Part shown: piece after piece, positions 1-11,120 of the stretch
Layout: every line of letters begins with the position of its first letter
Numbering within the stretch: position 1 is the stretch's first letter
Origin: Sporopachydermia quercuum
Taxonomy: Eukaryota
NCBI GenBank assembly: GCA_001599295.1
Contig: BCGN01000007.1
Location: 74,433 to 138,432, forward strand
Length of the DNA stretch: 64,000 nucleotides
Direction of reading: 5' to 3'
Position numbers and translations under genes: made by a program
The notes under the pieces: model-generated
What the model was told of the DNA's origin: nothing
The model's database searches: none
Seen by the model: only the letters and a program-made list of their open reading frames with translations

Positions 1-393
1 ATGATTTGACTAAACATAAATTCAGAATCTAATGTTCGAATAATTCTATTGGATACCTGTTTACTTTTTGGACAGTATACTTGACGCCTCATCTCCCCTA
101 CTTATCACGTGAAGAGTGATAGTTATTTATATATTACACAATCATTTATTACAATTTCAAATGTTTGGGTGTTTTCCATTCTCATCTAAAAACTCACTGA
201 CCATTTTTGTAAAGCAAGTGAAATTCATGAGCAAGAAAACTTGATTGCAGTGGAAACATATTAATGAGATCAACCTTTATATGAATGTATAGTCGTGATA
301 TCAAGGGTAGCGGGCAAATAAAAAGGTTTATTCTTTGAGGTTACAACAAGCTTGAACTTGTTGTGTACATACGGATATCGTTAACCTGGCAAG

Positions 394-1275
394 ATGAGAA
401 GGCATTTGAATAGGTATGTTGAGAGCATTTGTGACAGTCATGGTTTAGAACATGCCTTGGGTAGCAAGATATGGAAGAAGCAGTTGTTATGGAATGGCGT
501 GCTATATGCAATATATCTTTCAATCATAGAAACTAACCTGGAACCATAGGTCATCATCACACCGTAAGGCATTGATCAGAAATCTCATCACCTCATTGAT
601 TGAACATGAATCAATAGTCACAACACACGCCAAGGCTAAGGAAGCTCAAAAGTTTGCCGAGAGAGTACTCAACTTGGTTCGACGTCCCAATGTTGAAATT
701 GCTAGACGAATAGCTCAAGCAAAGACCTTCGTAAGTACAATCGCGAAATAAAAATCAACTTTACTTCCATGATGTTGAAATCGAATATATGAACTAACAA
801 TCATTCCATTTAGAACCCCAAGACTGTGTTACCGAAGATGTTTGGTGAATTGGCTGAACGATACAAGAACAGGGAACGTGGATTTACACGTGTTTTGCAT
901 TTAGAACCAAGATTAGGTGATAATGCTCCTCAGGCAGTTCTAGAGCTGGTCGACAGCCCAAGAGAAATCAAACTATTCATGACAGCCAGAATAGTCGCTA
1001 GATTAGAAACTCAAAACTTACCAATAGATTCTTTAACACAAAAGAATGTTGACAAGCTTATTCGTGGACGATCAAATGGTGAAGCCATCTTCAGACAAGC
1101 TGTGGATACCATGAAGAAGGCTTTCTATGATCCAGAAACTTGCTCTGAAGAAATGAAAGCTAGTTTAGCAACCAATTTCCCAAGTAAGTCAAAACCTCAT
1201 AAGCACCAGAGATATGTTATGGTGCCAAGAAAAGATGCTGTAAAAGAAGAGGAAAGCTCTCAGCAAGCTAACTAG
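394..1275 (+). CDS. MRPL8: Mitochondrial ribosomal protein bL17m; 3 exons (394-413, 550-730, 814-1275)
   Basis: Spliced translation [45 protein letters not shown]...ERYKNRERGFTRVLHLEPRLGDNAPQAVLELVD matches L17 motifs. Introns GTATGT..ACTAAC..TAG (414-549) and GTAAGT..ACTAAC..TAG (731-813) keep the frame. Confidence 0.93.
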
Positions 1276-1593
1276 TAGGCCTGGGATTGTGGAATACTTT
1301 TTGTTAAGTTGGGATTATATTTGTTTGGCTATTCTACGGATTGATTTGGTTGCTTTGTGGTGAATTCCTTTATTGAACAATTATGTAAAAGCAGCTTCAT
1401 GTATATAATTTTTTTATTTTACATATGTCAAACAACGTAACCACTGCTCGTCTGTTGATGGTTTAACCAGTTGCTGAATAGAACAATGTCTTGGAATAAT
1501 TTTTACTTAGATTGTCGGAAAAAGAACCAAAAAAATCTACTGCATATCTAACGTACTTTACTTCACGTAATTAAAATCCAAATTGTATTAAAC

Positions 1594-2961
1594 TTATGCT
1601 ACAGGAGCATCCGATTCTTGCTTTTGAACAGCTTGCATCAACATCTGATTTGCCTTAAATAATAATCCCTTCGTCTTTTCAATGGTTTCTTGATAAACAC
1701 CTGTGACAGGGTTGTTCATAATAACAGTTCCTTCTGATTCATCAATCTTAACAATCATCTTGGTATCCTTGATCAAACTAGCAATCCACTTCTCACCTTG
1801 TTGTCTAGACAAGTTCAAGCTATTACATAGCTGTTCTAAATCAATTCTTTGATGGATACGGCAGTAAACTTCAGAAATCAAATATCTGGCTGATGATAAA
1901 AATAAATCGGTATGGCTGTTGAGGAAAAAGTCAGTTCTCAAAATAGCTTCAGACTCAGCCAATCTAGCTTGTGCTTCTTCGAAATCAAAATCAATGTACA
2001 AAGCTTTCACAAATTGCGTCAAAGGATCAGAATATTCATAAGATTCTTGACCAACAATACGGATCAAATCTTTCAATCGCTTTTGGAAGTTTTGAGAGTT
2101 ATGGTTCTTAATAGGAGTAGAGATGACAGCAGCAACCAAATAACTAATGATCCAAGGGCAAGCAGCTTGAATTGTGGACATATAAGAAGAAGAAAAGAAT
2201 AAATCACATAGTTGTTCTCTACCACCTTCCATGTTGAAGTAAGGGAACAAAGACCAATGGATAACCCAAGATCTGTGATGTAATTGAGTTAAAGGATCAG
2301 CAAATGATCTAGTGTCAATGACTTCTCTTAGTTTGGTTAATTCTTCAACAGCTAAATCCCATTGAACAGTTAAAATCTCTGAAGCTAATTTACCCCAGGT
2401 GGCAGAGGCAACTAATTCATTGTTAGTTGAAAAGACCCTGAAGTTGTTGAGTAAATCGGCAGCAGTGACATAGTTCCCACTGTTGTACTCCAATTGGCCA
2501 TATTCATATAATTTGCTAATCTTAGCTTCGTCTATACCATAATCTTTTTGTAAAAACTCCAAGTTGTATTTCTTATCTTGCTTCAGTTTATCGATTACTT
2601 CTTGTGTTGATAGAACATCTAAAATTGGGGCTGTTTCTTGTTTGAGAACATCCAATTTCTCTTCAATTTCTTGTTTCTTTTGTTCGAATTCTTCTGGTAA
2701 AGGGTCGTCTGCTGATTTGCCGTGTAATTCATTATATAAAGATCCAACGTAGTCTACCATATCGGTTCCTTTCAGCAAATCAAACTTCATTTGCAACATG
2801 ACTTCAGAGGGGTAAATCTCATTCTCGTCTAAAGATGCTAGTAAAGGGAACACTAAATGACGGTCCAAGAAAGGTGTTATCTTTCCAGTCAAGTTATATT
2901 GTTGAACCAATTTCAATGTTTTCTCATCAAGAGAAACCCCCTGGGACTGTTCTTCAGTCAT
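1594..2961 (-). CDS. INT6: Translation initiation factor eIF3 subunit e (Int6, PCI domain)
   Basis: 455-aa ORF with FLDRHLVFPLL, WGKLASEIL, HHRSWVIHWSLF, YSDPLTQF and YCRIHQRID motifs typical of eIF3e. Confidence 0.95.
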   Translation of the reverse strand: MTEEQSQGVSLDEKTLKLVQQYNLTGKITPFLDRHLVFPLLASLDENEIYPSEVMLQMKFDLLKGTDMVDYVGSLYNELHGKSADDPLPEEFEQKKQEIEEKLDVLKQETAPILDVLSTQEVIDKLKQDKKYNLEFLQKDYGIDEAKISKLYEYGQLEYNSGNYVTAADLLNNFRVFSTNNELVASATWGKLASEILTVQWDLAVEELTKLREVIDTRSFADPLTQLHHRSWVIHWSLFPYFNMEGGREQLCDLFFSSSYMSTIQAACPWIISYLVAAVISTPIKNHNSQNFQKRLKDLIRIVGQESYEYSDPLTQFVKALYIDFDFEEAQARLAESEAILRTDFFLNSHTDLFLSSARYLISEVYCRIHQRIDLEQLCNSLNLSRQQGEKWIASLIKDTKMIVKIDESEGTVIMNNPVTGVYQETIEKTKGLLFKANQMLMQAVQKQESDAPVA

Positions 2962-3680
2962 TGTTGATAATCGCTAATTTGATACTGCCTATTTCACTAC
3001 TGGCGCTCGCTGGTATGGAATGGTTAAAAGTATGAGCTGTAAGCTTCGTTGCTAAATAGACAAATTTGCAGTTCCAAAAGACTGTGTCAATCTGTAATTC
3101 AGACTATAACGATGCAATTATAGTAACGTCAATCAACTTTCAATTTAACAGATATCACTCTCTTCTGTTGATGACAGTTGTTTCCTTGAATTTCCCATTC
3201 TAATTTTTCACTTTTGGTGTTACTGCTTAAAAATTTTCAGTACGATTGTTTGAAGGTGGTATTATTACAGATTACGTGATTAAGAATAATAAGAAAGGGT
3301 GTTTGGGGGTCANCCGGGGGCACAACGAGAGATGAAAGCTTTCCGGGTAAGCAATAAGTGATTGTGCTATTACTTGATCACGTAATACATTTATACCTAT
3401 TACCTGATGCTTGGACTTAATTGATTGTATAGTAAAAGGATGTAGATAAAGGAGGAAGACCAAACTGTTAACAGATAGTATATACATCTTGATTTGAAAG
3501 GAGTATTTTAACGTGTTTGATGATTGGGGGTTTTCATAGAAGCTTTTGGATGATTTGTGGGAATATTCATTAAGCAAAAGTTCTCGTTGATACATACAGC
3601 GTATTCATCGAAACGCGGTCGTGTATCTGAGGGTATCGTATCTGTCACTTAGCGCGATCTCTAACCAATTACTATTCAAA

Positions 3681-5647
3681 ATGATTACTGGTGATCTTGA
3701 AACGAAAGCTTCACACTTTTTGACGTTCAATGTCCTAGATGAACAAAAGAGTGTATGTTTTGGAAAGAAGCGCGTTATTTTGATTCTTGTTCTTCAACAA
3801 ATTATCTTACTAACTGAGTAATAGGTTAGCTATAGATTGCTTAGCAGAGCATTATCAGTGAACGTAGCAGATGCCAAATAGTAAGTGGTAGCTACTAAGA
3901 GCCTAGGGAACTGGAGAAAGGAGTTTTGTATGAACTGCATGTGATTTTTTCGCAATGCTTCTTCAAGTACCTGTAAATTTAAACTTGTAATATTGGTTCA
4001 TTACTTATCCACCGTGTTATTTTTTTATACTAACAGCCTAGCTTACTGAATTCTTTTTATAACAACAAAAAAGACAGCTTTGACCTGAGCGCTACTTATA
4101 TAATCACTGGATCTCTGAAACCTGACGATGGTTCTCTGAATGAAGATGCAGTGTCTATTCTTCATTCTGGAACGACAAAGCTACATGAACACACCAAATC
4201 AGTGAAGCCTATCAGTACAAGATGCGTTCGACTATTATCAGAAAAAGAATTAGAAGGTAAGTTCAGATTTTCCAATGAATTGAAATAGTATGTGGGTTCA
4301 AATTGCAGAGAAAGTATAGTAACTAACACTACTTATTAGAGCAAAGAAAAGCATTTGATAAGATATTTGCAGTGCATGTCTACAGTTTACAACTGGCGGC
4401 AACATCAGTACGTATTTGAAAATTAATATTATAANCCAACTTTCTGTTATCGAAACGACGAATACGAGTTATTCAAGTTGAGATCTCAAATGGAATCAAT
4501 AACTGCAAGTTTACCCAATTCTCTTAGCGATGTACCACTAACATTCAGAAGAGCCCATCATCAATAGCCGCAGCAAATGTTAATGTATCTGAGAGATATC
4601 CTTTAAACACTGAAAATCTAAGCGAAGAATGCGAGAAGTTTGGCATTCTGAAAGCAAATAGTAACCCTCAAGTGACTTTTGTTGCAGGTAAAGCCATTGG
4701 AAGAACTACTAAACCTCCTAGTACCAGCAGTAATGGTGGTAGCTCCATTGGCAGAAGCAAACTAGTGATCCCATCAAACAAGCAAAACGGTGGACTACAA
4801 GGCTTTACAACTGGTAAAGCAGAAGCACAGAGAACCAACTCCTCTACAAATAGTACAGCAACGAGTAGGGCTACTTCTAGTAGTGGATCCACACAGTCAA
4901 AAGCTAAACAAAATATAAGGAATTCTAAAGGCTCAATTCTTTCAGCGTTGTCAGCTTCAGCAAAGAAGAACCCTGTTAGAGAGAAAGTGGTGATAGCTAA
5001 TGTGCAAGAAACTGGCAATGAACCAGAGGAAGAGCAGAAACGTGTTGATACTAAGGAGGATGAGAAGAAGCGAAAAGAAGAGCAGGCGAAGCTTGCTCTA
5101 CTATTTGAAGATGACGATGGTGAGGATTGTAAGTTTTTGATTTACTGATGATTTACATTTTCATGAAAAATATGAGCTTATAACTAACGATATGTTACTA
5201 GTTGAAATGATGGATGTAGATTCAAAAAAAGAAGTACAACCTGAAGCAGATATCGAAGAGGATAAAAATAAGGAAAACCATGAGACCCAGAAGGTAGAAG
5301 ATCCAGTGGGGCCGATAGAATTAGACACAGATGATATTGAGGAAATCATGGAGGACGCGTCAGAGGATCAAATAAATACTTCAGCTATTGATATTGATAT
5401 TGACAGTAACGAAACCGAGGAACCAGAATCCAAAAAACTGAAGATGACGCATGAAGTTGACGAAGATGGATTCATGGTAACGACTATCAAGAAAGAGGCA
5501 CCTAAACTTCAGAAACCAGTAGCTAGACAATCAACTATCAAAACTGAGAGTACGAAGAGGACTACTCCCAGCAAACCAACCCTAAGCAAGACGAAGAAGA
5601 AAGGTAATAATCAAATGTCTGTTTTATCTTTTTTTGGCAAGAAATAA
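3681..5647 (+). CDS. POL32: DNA polymerase delta subunit 3 (Pol32/Cdc27); 6 exons (3681-3752, 3825-3880, 4042-4256, 4340-4407, 4549-5128, 5202-5647)
   Basis: Spliced N-terminus MITGDLETKASHFLTFNVLDEQKS/VSYRLLSRALSVNVADAKYLLNSFY...ATYIITG is Cdc27-like. It has a DEDGFMVT motif and a C-terminal PCNA PIP box QMSVLSFF. Five GT..CTAAC..AG introns preserve the frame. Confidence 0.88.
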
Positions 5648-6569
5648 TAAGATTCACTCAGAATATTGATAATATGATCTATCTCCGTTGCAAGCAATAA
5701 TGGAAAACCTGCCGGTTGGAGTTTTTCACGAAATTCAAATCATGTCTATTATTTTACCATTACTTTCAATTTGAAATGCTTTCTAGTATTTCTCGTATAT
5801 CTAAAAAGGGACCATAGATCATGTGACACATCGTACAAGTTCTAATGAAGCAGAGTCTTTTTCTGCCTCATGGGATAAATGTTTCAGGGAAAGGTTCAGT
5901 TATTCCAATGTGGAAGTTAAACAAAGTTCTTTGCAAGCGGAAACTCTTTCAAAATGTAGTTGTTCTATCATAGAAAGCCAAAGTAATAATTCTATTCCAT
6001 TACCTTACTGAATGCTTGTGCTTCTAGAATACTGCTCCTTCCGAATCATTTCTGAAGTTTCAGCTCATGGGATTATTTCCGATTATTCATAAAATAAACT
6101 CCGTTATTCACCATTATGTCAGCAATGACAAACTGACATCGAAACCCGTTTCTACCTTTTACTACTATTTTAGTCATTCCCCACCATAACTTTATTTCTT
6201 CATCCTTTCCGATTTCTCTTAACAAACTATCAAATAGGCAATTGGCCACTGCTAACATAACAATTACTAAGAGTACTACTAAAACTTTATTCCTCATATT
6301 ATCGTTTTTTCACTATCTCCCTTGCTCTTGAGATAATGCTTACTTCATGCTTATTTATTATATAAATGACCTTTTCTCTCGTCTTGTGAAAGATTTCTAG
6401 TGACGAACGAATTCGATGGAATATCGTGTTGACTAAAGTAGTCATCCAAGTTAGTAAAATCAACAGAAATTCATACATACAGTTAGTACCAAACTAATGA
6501 AGATTCAGTCATCTGCTATCAGTTCTGCTAAAGGTACTTAAACTGACAGAAATCCCAATTGAAGTCTGA

Positions 6570-7673
6570 ATGAGTTCTGAAGAAAAAATATCTTCAAAAA
6601 GAGAGGAAAAGGTTATTAAATCTGNTAATACTAATTACTTTCATAACAACCTCGTTTATATCTTATCAATTATCATTATAGCTGTATTAAGTATTCTATA
6701 CAACAGAGCAACACTTCCTACAACAAGTACACCCAGTACAACAACTAACTATACAATGTCAGCCGCTTCTAAAGTAATCAAGCCGAGACCAATTCTTAAG
6801 GTCATTGAAGCCATCGAGCAATCCGAGGGTGTCGGTGCCAAGGTTAGAAGATCAATCGGCGGAATGAAAGTGAGAAACTTCACTCCTTTCCTTATGCTTG
6901 ATCATTTTAAAGTATCGCCAACTGCTGGTTTCCCTGATCATCCTCATAGAGGTCAAGAGACCATTACTTATTTGATGAAAGGATGCATTGCTCACGAAGA
7001 TTTCACTGGTTCTTCTGGTGTGCTAGCTCCTGGCGACTTACAATTTATGACTGCAGGTAAAGGTATCATGCACGCGGAGATGCCTGTGCCTAATGCTGAT
7101 GGATCTGATATAGAAGGTATGCAATTATGGGTTGATCTACCAAAGGAACTAAAACACTGTGAACCAAGATATAGAGACTTACGTGCTGAAGAAATCCCAA
7201 TTGCTAAACCTGATGATTTAGTCACCGTGAAAGTAATCTCTGGTAATTCTTATGGTGTTGAGTCTTTACGCGATCTGGCATACACTCCAGTGTCATACTA
7301 CGATTTTGAAGTAAAAGTTGGAGGAAGATTCAACCAAAAGATTGATCCTGCTTTCAACGCCTTTTTATACGTTTTAGAAGGATCTGTCGAGATTGATGGA
7401 AAGACCATTCCAAGATTTCATACTGTTTTCTTTAAACAAAACGGTGATGGTATCGAAGGATCAGTTGACGTTGATGCTAAGGAACCGGCAAGATTTGTAA
7501 TCATCGCTGGTCAAGCTCTTGATCAACCTGTTGTGCAACATGGTCCTTTTGTTGAAACTTCAAGGGAGGCCATTTATGAAGCTTTTATCGATTATCAAAC
7601 TCATCAAAATGGTTTCGAAAGANGCTTGAACTGGGAGAGTGAAATCGGTAAGAGACTGACCCATAGGTATTGA
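6570..7673 (+). CDS. Pirin-family bicupin protein (alternative start at 6756)
   Basis: EQSEGVGAKVRRSIG, PFLMLDHF, GFPDHPHRGQETITY, DLQFMTAGKGIMHAE, QLWVDLP and QPVVQHGPFV motifs. Confidence 0.93.
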   Translation: MSSEEKISSKREEKVIKSXNTNYFHNNLVYILSIIIIAVLSILYNRATLPTTSTPSTTTNYTMSAASKVIKPRPILKVIEAIEQSEGVGAKVRRSIGGMKVRNFTPFLMLDHFKVSPTAGFPDHPHRGQETITYLMKGCIAHEDFTGSSGVLAPGDLQFMTAGKGIMHAEMPVPNADGSDIEGMQLWVDLPKELKHCEPRYRDLRAEEIPIAKPDDLVTVKVISGNSYGVESLRDLAYTPVSYYDFEVKVGGRFNQKIDPAFNAFLYVLEGSVEIDGKTIPRFHTVFFKQNGDGIEGSVDVDAKEPARFVIIAGQALDQPVVQHGPFVETSREAIYEAFIDYQTHQNGFERXLNWESEIGKRLTHRY

Positions 7674-8054
7674 GAAATTTTTTTAAGAAATGGTAATTGG
7701 TAATAGCACTGTAGGAGCTATCATTCTTCACACATGCTGTTTTAGTAGAACTCTAGTCACTTTTTTCCTTTACTAAGACTATTTTATTAATCATCGTTTG
7801 AACATATTCTTCATATATTCGCTAGGGAATTAAATGGGCTTGGTTATATTATTTTTGTTTATAGGATTGAATATCTAATCTGTATTATACTATTATTAAT
7901 TAAATTCAATTGCATTATATCCGTAGATATAATTCGATAAACTCATTTAACCCAATAAATAAGCCTTTGAGATGTTATGTAAATTGAAGCCTTTTTGATA
8001 TTTTCTATGTTATACATAAAGCATTAGAATATCTATACAATACCATTTGTTCCC

Positions 8055-8675
8055 CTAATATTTGCCGATATCCCATTCTGAACGTTTCCTTTGCTTGAAT
8101 TCTGCCCTTTTCTTCAGTATAGAATGTTTGCTCGTAACTGGTTCCAATGCTTTACCAGTTGAACTGTTTTTAGACACATTACTGAACATATGACCTCCTC
8201 CAGTTATGCTGTTAATTCTATTTATGCTAGACCTAGTGCTATGAGTATAAATCTTTTGTCTTATTTGCCTATCTTTATAGCTATTGTCAGTGTCTTCTTG
8301 TTTTCCGTTGATTTTGGAACTGCGTTTCTTACTTATCCTTCCCTTATCGTTAGATGTTTTTTTTTCTCCCTCATTATCTATGTTTTTCATTCTGTTATTC
8401 CCATCAACTTCTAAACCCTTTTTCTTTTCCTTTGAATCAACTTCCTTATTACTGACTTTCTCTCTGCCGCCGTCCTTGTTTCCTCCTTTTGTTGACTTAA
8501 TCAGACTATTAAGAAAACGTATGTTTGGTTTCAAACTATTCTCCTTATAACTTCTCTTCACAGAGAGCAAACCATTTTTCTCAAACGACGATGTAATTCC
8601 TTTTGCTTCCTGCTTTAAAGCTTCAATTATTCTCTGCTCTTCGTCATTTGAATAAACAAAATCATAAGACATCAT
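8055..8675 (-). CDS. Small basic, low-complexity conserved fungal protein (KPNxRFL...EWDxGK type), function uncertain
   Basis: ORF with ATG at 8675. LKQEAK...KPNIRFLNSLIK near the N-terminus and RSEWDIGKY at the C-terminus resemble a family of fungal hypothetical proteins sometimes annotated as PRP38B-like. Confidence 0.6.
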   Translation of the reverse strand: MMSYDFVYSNDEEQRIIEALKQEAKGITSSFEKNGLLSVKRSYKENSLKPNIRFLNSLIKSTKGGNKDGGREKVSNKEVDSKEKKKGLEVDGNNRMKNIDNEGEKKTSNDKGRISKKRSSKINGKQEDTDNSYKDRQIRQKIYTHSTRSSINRINSITGGGHMFSNVSKNSSTGKALEPVTSKHSILKKRAEFKQRKRSEWDIGKY

Positions 8676-10053
8676 AGAAACAAGAACTCTTTTGTTGAAG
8701 AGATACCAAGACAACTGATAACAACAGTAGGATCACTTATTATGTGAGTTGTTTGAGAACCAATCAAGAATCTTATTACACAGCTTGTGATGCTCCATCA
8801 ATATTCATCATGATAGATATATAGGTTAACTGAAGACTCTATTTTCNAATAGTAGTAAATGTTTGAAGATAAGTGTTTAGGCCATAGAGTTGGTTTATCC
8901 TANAATTATTGTTAGAATTGCTTTACTTCGGTTACATTCAGTCTCATAGGAGATAGTATCGACTGAGAACTACTTCAATATATAAATACATATACTGATT
9001 TAGAAAAAGATAATATGGTAGCATTAGTAGTAGAAATGTCAAAAGCATGCGATAATACNCGAAAGTTCNTATTACAAGAAAAAGAAACAATTAAGATAGT
9101 GAGATGTAAGTGAATGCAAGTACCGCATATAATACATATGTTTGACTCTTACTTCACTTTTTTACCATGCAGGGGAGAAATTATCCATAGGCTCTATAAC
9201 CTTTGAAAATACAAGTACAATAGGGAATAGCTTATTATATCCTTGCAGTTCTACGGTTATAGTTTCTATTTATCTANTATCGTTTCATTGTTTTAGATGT
9301 GTTCGCGTAAACGAATCCGCTTGCGGCAAAACCCGTCTATCATTAGGCGAGCTAATCCATAATTATGCAAACTTCCTTCTTTGTTAAATCCAAAACCTGC
9401 AAATCGATTTATGTTTGACACTACGATCCCCATTTTCTAATAATAAAATACTTAGTAAATAAACCGGTCTAGTGGCTACTAAAAACTCATCCTTTCCTCT
9501 TTTTAATAAACCACTTCTCCACAGTATCTTGTGAAGTTTGCATCTTCATACTTGACTTTCCTTCCGTGTTCCCCATTCTATGGACACTTCTTTTCATATA
9601 ATCCGGACAAACTTACACGTGACTTTATCTAGTTCCCCGCTTCCTTTTCCGGGAAACTTTTCCGAGATCTCACGAAACCCAATTGTCATAACTTTTTTTT
9701 AACCCAAATAGGTTTTTTCACATAACCAATTGGTTATCTCACTGATGAGCTTCTTTTGTATAAATACTTATCANGTGGCCAATTGATTAATTGTTAGTTA
9801 AATTTATAGTATGACAGAATAATACATAGATGGTATTTCAAAAGTGTCTTAGAAGGTTTCTAGTATTTAAAGGTAGTTGATAGATTGGATTATCGTATCA
9901 CGTCGTCTAACATTTTTATCAGGAATATCAGCTTTAATTGAACAGTAAAGCGACAAATTAAACAAAACCGAACAGGGAAAGATCAATAGATCATTGATAA
10001 AACTCAATAGTGAATACTGCAACTACAGCAAAGCAGATCTATAGTAATTGAAT

Positions 10054-10947
10054 ATGTCAGGCATTAAGAAGCTTGCTGAAATTGCTACCTTCAACGGTAA
10101 GCTACTGAAGCTATCTCATGAATCATCNGTACTGGGATGTACTATGGAATTCAATGTATTCCTACCATCAAAATACACAACAGCAACAAGCAAATCTATA
10201 CCTATTCTTTACTATCTATCAGGATTAACATGCACTGCCAACAACTGCTCAGAAAAGGGATTTCTTCAAGCAACTGCTGAACCACTGGGTTTGGCTATTG
10301 TTTATCCTGATACTTCACCAAGAGGCCTCAGTTTACCTGGTGAAGATGAATCTTGGGATTTCGGCACTGGCGCTGGTTTCTACATCAATGCTACTAAGGA
10401 ACCTTATGCTAAGAACTATAGAATGTACTCATATGTTATTGAGGAATTACCAAAGGTTGTTGAAGCTGAATTTGGGTACTTAGACGTTTCGAATGCGTCA
10501 ATCACTGGTCACTCAATGGGCGGTCATGGTGCATTGACTCTTTTCCTAAAGAACCCAGGTAAATACAAGTCAGTGTCAGCATTTGCTCCTATTTCCAACC
10601 CCATCAACTGTCCATGGGGTGTAAAGGCTTTCAGTGGTTATTTTGGCGAAGAAGAAAAAGATGGCAAATGGAAAGANCACGATGCCACGGAGTTGATTAA
10701 AAACTACGATGGCCCTACTCCAGAAATCCTTATCGATGTTGGAACAGGCGATAATTTCTACACAGGAAAGCAATTGTTACCTGAGAATCTAGAATCAGCC
10801 GCTAAAGGTTCTGAATACGATAGTAAGGTAAAGGTCAACTATCGTGAAGGATATGATCATTCATACTATTTCATTTCAACTTTTGGTGCTGATCATGTTA
10901 AGCACGCTGCCAAGTATCTCGGTTTATTGGATTCTCCTTCTTTATAA
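10054..10947 (+). CDS. S-formylglutathione hydrolase (esterase D; YJL068C/FGH orthologue)
   Basis: [26 protein letters not shown], nucleophile elbow [17 protein letters not shown] and [10 protein letters not shown] motifs. Confidence 0.96.
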   Translation: MSGIKKLAEIATFNGKLLKLSHESXVLGCTMEFNVFLPSKYTTATSKSIPILYYLSGLTCTANNCSEKGFLQATAEPLGLAIVYPDTSPRGLSLPGEDESWDFGTGAGFYINATKEPYAKNYRMYSYVIEELPKVVEAEFGYLDVSNASITGHSMGGHGALTLFLKNPGKYKSVSAFAPISNPINCPWGVKAFSGYFGEEEKDGKWKXHDATELIKNYDGPTPEILIDVGTGDNFYTGKQLLPENLESAAKGSEYDSKVKVNYREGYDHSYYFISTFGADHVKHAAKYLGLLDSPSL

Positions 10948-11120
10948 TTGGAATGAATATGATGGAATGTTTAATAATTAGTAACTAAATATAAATGAAC
11001 GTGACCCTTTTTGTTCTTTGATTGACCGACAATTGGTTCATATAGTTGTATGTATTTCGTTTGCATTGGCTATACCGATGTGAATAAGCACCATACCGTT
11101 ATTAACTACCATCGGTCCAC

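Noticed and set aside
6073..6297. 74-aa minus-strand ORF with a hydrophobic N-terminus
   Set aside because: It lies in the AT-rich pirin promoter with no recognisable family. Such hydrophobic runs arise by chance in T-rich sequence.
10936..10947. S-formylglutathione hydrolase C-terminus PSL as a peroxisomal signal
   Set aside because: It lacks the basic residue at position -2 expected for PTS1.
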